A DNA stretch of 32,000 bases from Phycisphaera mikurensis NBRC 102666 (GTDB lineage Bacteria; Planctomycetota; Phycisphaerae; Phycisphaerales; Phycisphaeraceae). Under the pieces are notes generated by a model. The model had not been told where the DNA came from, made no database searches, and saw only the letters and a list, made by a program, of their open reading frames with translations. The stretch lies in the NCBI RefSeq assembly GCF_000284115.1, contig NC_017080.1:900001-932000 (forward strand), in the 5' to 3' direction. The translations under genes were made by a program, and so were the position numbers. Every line of letters starts with the position of its first letter. Position 1 is the stretch's first letter. This document shows positions 8,292 through 15,901 of the stretch, one piece after another.

Positions 8292-8630
8292 ATGCACATG
8301 ATCGAAGCGATCATCAAGCCGTCGAGCATCGACGGCATCAAGAGCAAGCTCGCGGGCCTGGGCATCCTGGGCATGACCGCCCTGGAGTGCAAGGGCTTCG
8401 GCAAGCAGAAGGGCCACACCGAGCGCTACCGCGGCGGCCGGATGGACGTGGGCTTCGTGCCCAAGGTCACCCTGAAGATCGCCGTCCGCGAGGAAGACCT
8501 CGAGAAGGCGATCTCGGCCATCGAGTCCGCCGCCCGGACCGGAAACGTCGGCGACGGCAAGGTCTTCGTCTACCCGCTGGCCAAGGTCGTGCGGATCCGC
8601 ACCGGCGAGACCGACAACGACGCGCTCTGA
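8292..8630 (+). CDS. glnK: Nitrogen regulatory protein P-II (GlnB/GlnK family)
   Basis: MHMIEAIIKPSSIDGIKSKLAGLGILGMTALECKGFGKQKGHTERYRGGRMDVGFVPKVTLKI, colinear with PII. Directly downstream of amtB. Confidence 0.95.
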   Translation: MHMIEAIIKPSSIDGIKSKLAGLGILGMTALECKGFGKQKGHTERYRGGRMDVGFVPKVTLKIAVREEDLEKAISAIESAARTGNVGDGKVFVYPLAKVVRIRTGETDNDAL

Positions 8631-8669
8631 CTCGCCTTCGGCGGGTGACGCGGCGACCAATCGACACCG

Positions 8670-8698
8670 GACCCGCGGCCGCAAGGCCGCGGGTCTTT
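8670..8698 (+). terminator. Intrinsic-terminator-like hairpin after glnK
   Basis: GACCCGCGGCC-GCAA-GGCCGCGGGTC-TTT, an 11-bp perfect stem with a GNRA-type tetraloop. Confidence 0.7.
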
Positions 8699-8830
8699 AC
8701 GCGTGCGCGGCGGGCCGTGCCGGCGGGGGCCGCTGCCGCCCGCCGCGGAGGCCGCCTGCCGCTGCGCACCCGCGGACCGTCGCCGCTGCGGCGCCAAACC
8801 GGCCGCGGTCCGCGGATTTACGCTCGGCCC

Positions 8831-11077
8831 GTGGCCGATGCCTCCTCCGCCGAGAACCGGGGTCCCGCCCGGCGCCTGCTCGGCCCGCTCGCGGTCCTCG
8901 TCGCGCTGCCGGTCCTGATGTCCGCGTGGATCCCGACGCTCCCGCGGCTGGACTTCGACCTCGACCCGCGGATCCCCACCGCCGGCGTCCGCGTGACGCT
9001 GGGCGCCGCGGGCTTCGGCTGGCTGGCGCTGTGGGGCACGGCGGCGGCGTGGGCGGGCGTGGCGGCTTCGGTGGCGGCGGGGGGGCGGCTGCGCTGGAGG
9101 AGCACGCTGCTGGTGCTCGCCGGCGTCGCGGCGGCGGCGTGGCACCTGCCGTCGAGCTTCGATGACGCTTACCACGGCCTCGGCTGGGTCTGGGCCGCTT
9201 CGGCGGGTCTGGCGGCGGCCCACCTGGGCCGCCACGCCGCGGCCTGGCGCTGGCTGCTCGCGTTGCCGGTCGGCCTGCTCGTCCCGCTGCTCTGCCAGGC
9301 GCTGTCCTACCGCCTGGTGACCCATCCGGCGACGGTGGCGGCGTACGAGGCGGCGACCGCGGCGGGCACGTGGTCGGGGCCGGGCTCGGACGATCCCCAC
9401 GGGGCGGCGGCCCGGCTCTACGAGCGGCGGCTGCGGATCAACGACGCCACCGGGCCCTTCGGCTTCGCGAACGTGCTGGGCACCGTGGCGGCGGCGCTGG
9501 CGCTGGCGGCGCTGGCGACGCTCCCGCGGCCACGCGGGGCACACGCCTGGGCGGGCGTGGCCGCCGCGGCGGCGGGCGTCGCGCTGGTGGGGCTCACCCG
9601 CTCGGCCGGCGCGGCGGCGGCGCTCGCGGCGGGCGCGTGCCTGCTGGCGGCGGCTTGGGCGACGGCGGGGCGGCTCCCGCCGCGCGTCCGGCGTCCGGCG
9701 TTGGCGGTCCTCGCGGTCGGCGCCGTCGCCGGCGTGGTCGCGGTGGTGATCGCCCGCGGCGTCGCCGGCGTGCCGACGCCGGAGGTCGGCGTGGACGCCG
9801 AGCGGACGCTGCTCTTCCGCAGCCAGTACTGGAGCGGAGCGGCGCAGCTCTGGGCCGGCGGCGCCGCCTGGCTGGGCCTTGGCGCCGGCGGCTTCGGCGA
9901 GGCGTACGCGCGGGTGAAGAGCGAGCTGGCGCCCGAGTCGGTGACCAGCACGCACAACGTGCTGATCGACTACGCGGTGATGCTGGGGCTCGGCGGGCTG
10001 GCCTGGGCGGCCCTCCTGCCGGGCTGGCTCGGCCGGGCGGCGTGGTCGCAGCCGCCTCGCGGTGGCGTGGAGGAGGAGAAGCCGGGCCCCATCGAGCGCC
10101 CCGAGGCCTACGCCGTCGCCGCCTTGGCGGCGGTGCTCTTCGCCTCCGAGGCCTGGATCCGGCTGCCGGAGCTCGCGGGGGCCGACCTGCTCTGGCGTGC
10201 CGCGGCGGCGGCCGGCTTCGTCGGCCTCGTGCTCGCGGCGCGGCGGGCCGGCCGGCGCGGGGCGGCCCTCGCCACGCTGGCCGCCGCGACCGCGGCGCTC
10301 GTGCACGGGCAGCTGGACATGGGCTTCCACCAGCCGCCCGCGGCGCCGCTGCTCTGGTTGCTGGTCGGCCTCGCCGCCGGCGCGGCGGGGAGGCCTCCAG
10401 CGGCGGGGGCCCGCCGCGTCGCACCGGAGGCGCGCGTCCCGCTCGTCCCGCTCGTCCCGATTGCCGTGGCCGCCGTGGCCGCCGTGGGCGTCGTCGCGGT
10501 CGCGCAAGCCCGGCTCGTGGCCCACGCCTCCGCCCTCGCCGAAGCGGCGGCGCTCGTGCGGGCCCAGCGGCCCGACCTCGCGCTCCCGCGGCTGGAGCGG
10601 GCCGGCGTCGCCGTCGGCCGCGACCGCGTGACGACCCGGTGGCGGGGCCGGCTGCTCCTGGAGGCGGCGGCGGCCGCGGCGGGTGCGGGCGATCCGGCGG
10701 CCGCCGCCGCGCTCTACGACCGCATCGCCACGACGCTCGGCCCGGCGGACCCGACGCTCGGCGGGGAGGCCCGGCTGCGCGAGGCCGACGCGCGGCTCGC
10801 CGCCGGCGCGGGCGCTCCCGCGGCCGCCGCGCTCCGCGGGCGGGCCGTCGCCTTCCTCGAGACCGCCGCCGCGGCGTCGCCGACCCGGCCCGAGCGCCGC
10901 CTCCGCCTCGGCGAGGCGCGGCTGGCCGCGGGCGATCGCGCCGGCGCCGCGGCGGACTTCGCCGAGGCCCTTCGCCTCGACGCGCTGCTCTACCTGGACC
11001 CCGACACGCAGATGCGGGCCGCCGAGCGGGCGGACTTAGAGGAGCGCCTCCGCCGGCTCACCGCGGCCAGCCGCTGA
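8831..11077 (+). CDS. O-antigen ligase/Wzy-like polytopic membrane protein with C-terminal TPR-like helical region
   Basis: Many hydrophobic segments, FRSQYWSGAAQLWAGGAAWLGLGAGGFGEAYARVK...THNVLIDYAVMLGLGGL motif region, and a C-terminal Ala-rich repeat region. GTG start at 8831. Confidence 0.7.
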   Translation: MADASSAENRGPARRLLGPLAVLVALPVLMSAWIPTLPRLDFDLDPRIPTAGVRVTLGAAGFGWLALWGTAAAWAGVAASVAAGGRLRWRSTLLVLAGVAAAAWHLPSSFDDAYHGLGWVWAASAGLAAAHLGRHAAAWRWLLALPVGLLVPLLCQALSYRLVTHPATVAAYEAATAAGTWSGPGSDDPHGAAARLYERRLRINDATGPFGFANVLGTVAAALALAALATLPRPRGAHAWAGVAAAAAGVALVGLTRSAGAAAALAAGACLLAAAWATAGRLPPRVRRPALAVLAVGAVAGVVAVVIARGVAGVPTPEVGVDAERTLLFRSQYWSGAAQLWAGGAAWLGLGAGGFGEAYARVKSELAPESVTSTHNVLIDYAVMLGLGGLAWAALLPGWLGRAAWSQPPRGGVEEEKPGPIERPEAYAVAALAAVLFASEAWIRLPELAGADLLWRAAAAAGFVGLVLAARRAGRRGAALATLAAATAALVHGQLDMGFHQPPAAPLLWLLVGLAAGAAGRPPAAGARRVAPEARVPLVPLVPIAVAAVAAVGVVAVAQARLVAHASALAEAAALVRAQRPDLALPRLERAGVAVGRDRVTTRWRGRLLLEAAAAAAGAGDPAAAAALYDRIATTLGPADPTLGGEARLREADARLAAGAGAPAAAALRGRAVAFLETAAAASPTRPERRLRLGEARLAAGDRAGAAADFAEALRLDALLYLDPDTQMRAAERADLEERLRRLTAASR

Positions 11078-11969
11078 CCGCCACCGCCGGCAGCCCCGTC
11101 GCCGCCCCCGCCCGCCTCGCCGCGTCGGCCGCTTGCGCCGCGTCCTCGGCGAGCACGAAGACGGTGCTGCCCGAGCCGGTGATCCTCGCGTCCAGCCCCG
11201 CCCCCGCCAACGCCTCGAGCACCCGCCGCAGGGCCGGCCGCACCGCGCACGCCGGCTCCGCCAGGGCGTTGCCGAGCGCCGCCAGCGCCCGCCAGCCCGC
11301 CTCCGCCGCCGCCCGGGCCTTCCCGGGATCCGACCGGCCCGCGGGCGGTGCCGCGTCGAAGGCGGCGAAGACCGAGCCCGTCGGGCAGCCGAACGCCGGG
11401 AACACCAGCGCCGCGTGCAGCCCGGCCCCGGGCGGGCGCGGGAGCGGTTGGACCGCCTCGCCGAAGCCGCCGACCAGCGCCAGCGGCCGCCCGCGGATCG
11501 CGGCCAGCGCGAAGGGGACGTCGCTGCCGAGGCCGGCCGCGAGCCCGGTGAGCGCCGCCTCCTCCACCGCCCCCGGCCACAGCCGGTCCATCGCCGCGAG
11601 CACGCCCGCCGCGTCGGCCGAGCCCCCGCCGAGCCCGCCGCCGCAGGGAATCCGCTTGCTCAGCGTGAGCCGGACGTCCGGCCGCGTGCCCGCCTCCGCG
11701 GCGAAAGCCTCGGCGGCCCGCCAGGCGAGGTCCCGCTCCGCCGGCCAGTCCAGCGGCGTGGGCGCGGCCGCCGAGGCCGCCCAGGTGCGCGCCAGCGACA
11801 GCCCCGCGCCGTCGCGTCGCTCTGCCTCCAGGTCGTCCACCAGGTCGATCGCGGCCATGGCCGACAGCACCGGGTGCCGCCCGCCCGCCTCCGCCGGGGG
11901 GCCGACGTGCAGGAAGAGGTTCAGCTTCGCCGGGCAACGCAGGACGACCGCCTCGCCCGCTTTGCTCAC
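11058..11969 (-). CDS. ispE: 4-diphosphocytidyl-2-C-methyl-D-erythritol kinase
   Basis: CPAKLNLFLHV near the N-terminus and GHMP kinase motif KRIPCGGGLGGGSADAAGVLAAM. GTG start at 11969. Confidence 0.93.
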   Translation of the reverse strand: MSKAGEAVVLRCPAKLNLFLHVGPPAEAGGRHPVLSAMAAIDLVDDLEAERRDGAGLSLARTWAASAAAPTPLDWPAERDLAWRAAEAFAAEAGTRPDVRLTLSKRIPCGGGLGGGSADAAGVLAAMDRLWPGAVEEAALTGLAAGLGSDVPFALAAIRGRPLALVGGFGEAVQPLPRPPGAGLHAALVFPAFGCPTGSVFAAFDAAPPAGRSDPGKARAAAEAGWRALAALGNALAEPACAVRPALRRVLEALAGAGLDARITGSGSTVFVLAEDAAQAADAARRAGAATGLPAVAVSGWPR

Positions 11970-12664
11970 TCGGCGGCCACCACGGGCTCCGCTCCGGCGG
12001 CCACGCCGTTTCGCTCCGAGGCGGGTGCCGCCCCCAGCGCCCGCATCGCCTCGGCCTCGTCGTCGCCGCGGCCTTCCATCTCGCCGAGCAGCAGCCGGCC
12101 GTGGAGACCGCCCCAGTGGCCGCAGGCCGCCTCGGCATCGCCGCACTGGCCGTGGTCGGACCACGCCGCCAGGAGGCGCCGCAGGACCGGGGGCATCGCC
12201 GCGGGCTCGTTGGCGCCGCGGCCGAGCGTCGACAGCCAGAACATCAGGCGGTACTGCTCGGGCCGCCGGGCGGCCGCCGCCACGAAGGCCCGCGTCGTCG
12301 CCTCCAGCGGGGCGCCCGCCTCGGCCGCCTCCGCGACGGGGGTGAAGCGGCCCTGCACGACCGCATCGAGCAGCTGGTTCTTGTCGGTGAAGTGGCGGTA
12401 GATCGAGCCCACCGCGCAGTCCAGCCGCGAGGCGATGACGCGGATCGTCGTGCCGTGGAAGCCTTTCTCGTCGAGCACCTCCGCGGTGGCCCGCAGCACC
12501 GCCTCGGGATCGAGCGGCGGGGCCGCCGGCCGGGGCGGCTGGTGAGGCCTCGATCCGCCCGGCGGCTTCGTGCCCCCGGTCCGGCTCCCGGCGTCCGCCG
12601 GGCCGCCACCGCCGCCGCCGCCGCCGATGTCCCCGTCCCGCACGCCGTCCTTGGTGTTGCTCAT
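11966..12664 (-). CDS. TetR/AcrR-family transcriptional regulator with Gly-rich N-terminal extension
   Basis: VLRATAEVLDEKGFHGTTIRVIASRLDCAVGSIYRHFTDKNQLLDAVV is a typical TetR helix-turn-helix. Confidence 0.88.
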   Translation of the reverse strand: MSNTKDGVRDGDIGGGGGGGGPADAGSRTGGTKPPGGSRPHQPPRPAAPPLDPEAVLRATAEVLDEKGFHGTTIRVIASRLDCAVGSIYRHFTDKNQLLDAVVQGRFTPVAEAAEAGAPLEATTRAFVAAAARRPEQYRLMFWLSTLGRGANEPAAMPPVLRRLLAAWSDHGQCGDAEAACGHWGGLHGRLLLGEMEGRGDDEAEAMRALGAAPASERNGVAAGAEPVVAAE

Positions 12665-12823
12665 GTTGGTGTCCTCCGTGATGTAGAAACCGGCGGCCGC
12701 GCCGGGCCCCGGAGCCGCGACTCTACCGGGCGTGGCCCGCCGCGTCGGCGGCCCGTCCGGTGGTCCCGACGCGGCCGCGGAATCGACGGAAACACGGGCC
12801 CGCGAACGCCGATCCCCCCGCTT

Positions 12824-13318
12824 ATGAACCTCGACCCGAAGCCGAACGACGACCGCGACGAGCGTCCCCAAGCCGGGGCCGCGGGCCCCCGCGTCCTCCG
12901 CCGCGACCCCGCCGGCCTGGCGGTGGCGATCGCGGTCACCCTCCGCGTCCGCTACCCCGAGTGCGATCCCATGCGGGTCGCCCACCACGGCGTCTACGCC
13001 TCCTGGTTCGAGATCGCACGCACCGAGCTGCTCCGCGCCCGGGGCCTGTCCTACCGCGACTGCGAGGCCTCGGGCGTCTACTTCGTCGTCGCCCGCCTCT
13101 CCACCCGCTTCCGCCGCCCGGCCGCCTACGACGACCTGCTGGCGGTCGAGGTGGAGGCCACCGCCTCCGCCGGCGTCAAGATCGAGCACCGGTACCGCCT
13201 GCTCCGCGGGTCCGAGCTGCTCGCCACCGGGGAGACCACGCTGGCCTGCGTCGACGCCGGCGGCCGCCTCCAGCCCGTGCCCGCGGCCCTGCTCGCGTCC
13301 GCAGCGCCCGGGGGCTGA
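12824..13318 (+). CDS. Acyl-CoA thioesterase, YbgC/4-hydroxybenzoyl-CoA thioesterase-like hotdog family
   Basis: LRVRYPECDPMRVAHHGVYASWFEIARTELLRARGLSY matches the family signature. ATG 12824. Confidence 0.88.
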   Translation: MNLDPKPNDDRDERPQAGAAGPRVLRRDPAGLAVAIAVTLRVRYPECDPMRVAHHGVYASWFEIARTELLRARGLSYRDCEASGVYFVVARLSTRFRRPAAYDDLLAVEVEATASAGVKIEHRYRLLRGSELLATGETTLACVDAGGRLQPVPAALLASAAPGG

Positions 13319-13448
13319 AGCGAAGGATCCGGCCGGGGCGGGGCCCAACAGCAGGAGGGAAGCCACGCCCGGGCGGGCCGCTCGCCCGGAGCGGTCGGCG
13401 AGGCGGACCGGCGTCGGGGACCCGGGAGCCCGCCGCTGCGGCCGCGGC

Positions 13449-14270
13449 TCAGGGGCCCGGCAGGTGCTCCTCGCAGAAGCACCGGGTCTCCTCGCCGACC
13501 CTGGCGTACCGGAAGTCCGCCTCCGGGTCGGTGAGGTCCGTCTTCCCGCACACGCTGCACGCGTGGAAGGGCTCGCCCGCTTCCGCGAGGGCCGCCCGCT
13601 TCCGCTGCATCTGGCGGTGCCCGCCGCGGACCCTCCGCACCACGTCGGGGCCGAAGAACAGGAAGAAGTTCAGCGTCGCCGCCGCGACCATCGCCGGGCC
13701 GTTCCAGTCGCCCGCCCCCACCCCGACGAAGACCACGAAGCCGTAGCTCAGCCAGGTCAGGAGCGCCAGCCACTTCACCTTCACCGGGAGGATGAAGAAC
13801 AGCAGGATCTGGAAGTCGGGGTAGAGGAAGGCGAAGGCGAGGAAGACCGACCCCACCAGGTAGGCGTTCGTCAGGTAGCCGCCGGGCACCAGCAGCGCGA
13901 CGGCGACGCTCGCCGCCCAGCCGATCGCCCAGAACAGCGTGTACCGGCCGGCGCCCCAGGCGTTCTCCAGCGCCGTCCCCATGAGGTACAGCAGGTAGAA
14001 GGCGAAGAACAGGAACAGCGGGTTGCTCGCCGGCGGCAGCATCAGGAAGCCCAGCGCCCGCCACCACTCGCCAGCACGCAGCTTCGCCCCGTCCAGCGCG
14101 AGGCCCGGGAGGACGTTGGGGTCCAGCTGGGCGGCGACCCAGACCACCGCCTGCACCGCGATGACCGCGACCGTCAGGTTGGGGATGGCGAGGAAGGCCA
14201 GCTTCCGTTGGATGCCGGGCGGGCGCTTCACGGGGCGGAGGGTATGGGGTTCCTCGGGGCGTGAGGACAC
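13449..14270 (-). CDS. Rhomboid/derlin-like multi-pass membrane protein with C-terminal Cys motif
   Basis: NPLFLFFAFYLLYLMGTALENAWGAGRYTLFW plus several TM segments. C-terminal CSVCG...CFCEEH. Proposed GTG start 14270; an upstream start at 14438 is also open. Confidence 0.7.
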   Translation of the reverse strand: MSSRPEEPHTLRPVKRPPGIQRKLAFLAIPNLTVAVIAVQAVVWVAAQLDPNVLPGLALDGAKLRAGEWWRALGFLMLPPASNPLFLFFAFYLLYLMGTALENAWGAGRYTLFWAIGWAASVAVALLVPGGYLTNAYLVGSVFLAFAFLYPDFQILLFFILPVKVKWLALLTWLSYGFVVFVGVGAGDWNGPAMVAAATLNFFLFFGPDVVRRVRGGHRQMQRKRAALAEAGEPFHACSVCGKTDLTDPEADFRYARVGEETRCFCEEHLPGP

Positions 14271-14576
14271 GCGGGGGGGGGGGGGGGCGCCGGGCAAGGC
14301 TTCGGGGGTAGGGGTAGGTCGCGGGGGGCAGTTCTTCAGCGGTGAGGCGGCGCTGGCCTGGGTCGCGGGCGGGCTGCGTGCTTCCCGACTTCCGAGCGAG
14401 AGCCCGTGCTCGCAGGACCTCCCGCGCCCGAGCGACACCTCGCCCCTCCCAACCGCCTCCTCTGGGGCCTAATCCCTATCCCTGTCCCCTCTCTCGGCAA
14501 CCCTTGCCCCCGCCCCATCCCACCCCCACCCGGCCGGATTCGAGCCCCGCCGCCCCCGCTCCCGATAGCACGCCCC

Positions 14577-15887
14577 GTGCCCCGATACGCCCACCTGCTC
14601 ATGGCCGCCGCCGCGGGGCTGCTGGTCATCGGCGTGGTGATGGTGCGCTCCGCGGGCATGGAGGTCGTCGGCCACGACCGGTCCGCCGGCGAGCCGGCGG
14701 TGCCGGCGGAGCTGCCCTTCGCCGAGCACCTGGGCGCCCCGGTGGCGCACGTGGCCGGGGCCGCCTGGGAGACGGGCCGCGGGGCGCTGGGGCTGGATGA
14801 GCAGGGCGGCGAGCGGCACCTGCTGTACGCGGCACTGGCGATCGCGGCGATGCTGCTGGGCAGCCGGCTCGACGTCGAGAAGCTCGCGGGGCCGCGCGTC
14901 CGCGCCGGCGACGCGGGGAGCGGCGCCGCACGCCGCCCGCCGGTGTTGCTGCTCCTGGCGCTCACGCTGGCGATCGGCTGCGTCGCGCTCACCTTCGTTC
15001 CGGGCCTGTCGCGGTCGGTCAACGGCTCGTCGCGGTGGCTGTGGGTCGGGCCGATCTCCTTCCAGCCCAGCGAGCTGGTCAAGTGGACGCTCGTGCCCGC
15101 CCTCGCGTGGTGGTGCGCCGCCCGCGGCCCGGCCATGAAGCGCTTCGGCTCCGGCCTGCTGCCGGCCCTCGCGCTGCTCGCCGTCGCCGCCGGGATGGTG
15201 CTGCTCGAGGACCTGGGCACCGGCGTGCTCATCGGCGGCGTCGCGCTGGCGCTGCTGCTCGCCGGCGGGGCCCGCTGGTGGCACCTGGGCCTGCTCGCCC
15301 CGCTGATTGGCGTGGCCGTCGCCGGGGCGATCGCCACCAGCCCGTACCGCGTCCGACGCCTCACCGCCTTCCTGGATCCCTGGGCCGATCCGCGGGGCAC
15401 CGGCTACCACCCGATCCAGTCGCTGGCCGCCTTCGCGGACGGCGGGCTGTTCGGTCGCGGGCTGGGCAACGGCACCCAGAAGTTCCACCTGCCCGAGGAC
15501 ACGACCGACTTCATCTTCCCGATCTTCGCGCAGGAGCTGGGCATCGCCGGCGCCGCGGTGCTCGTCGGCCTGTACCTCCTCGTGCTGTGGATCGGCCTCT
15601 CGGTCGCGGCCGAGCGGCCGCGGGCCTTCCCGCGGCTGTTCGCGTTGGGCGTGCTCGCGACGATCGGGGCGCAGGCCGCGACTAACCTCGCGGTGACCAC
15701 GGTGGTCGTGCCCACCAAGGGCATCGCGCTGCCGCTGGTGTCCGCGGGAGGCACGGGGTGGGTGCTGACCGCCTTCATGATCGGGCTGGTCGCGGGGCTG
15801 GAGCGGGAGGGGGGGCACGAGCGGGGGCGCGAGGCCCCGGTGAACCGGGAGACGCCGCCGGTGGCCGCGGGGGCGGTGGCGGTTTGA
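14577..15887 (+). CDS. ftsW: FtsW/RodA/SpoVE-family SEDS protein; GTG 14577 or ATG 14601 start
   Basis: SSRWLWVGPISFQPSELVKWTLVPALAWW, DPWADPRGTGYHPIQSLAAFADGGLFGRGLGNGTQKFHLPEDTTDFIFPIFAQELG and PTKGIALPLVSAGGTG. Confidence 0.93.
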   Translation: MPRYAHLLMAAAAGLLVIGVVMVRSAGMEVVGHDRSAGEPAVPAELPFAEHLGAPVAHVAGAAWETGRGALGLDEQGGERHLLYAALAIAAMLLGSRLDVEKLAGPRVRAGDAGSGAARRPPVLLLLALTLAIGCVALTFVPGLSRSVNGSSRWLWVGPISFQPSELVKWTLVPALAWWCAARGPAMKRFGSGLLPALALLAVAAGMVLLEDLGTGVLIGGVALALLLAGGARWWHLGLLAPLIGVAVAGAIATSPYRVRRLTAFLDPWADPRGTGYHPIQSLAAFADGGLFGRGLGNGTQKFHLPEDTTDFIFPIFAQELGIAGAAVLVGLYLLVLWIGLSVAAERPRAFPRLFALGVLATIGAQAATNLAVTTVVVPTKGIALPLVSAGGTGWVLTAFMIGLVAGLEREGGHERGREAPVNRETPPVAAGAVAV

Positions 15888-15901
15888 GGGGGGCGGAGGA
15901 G

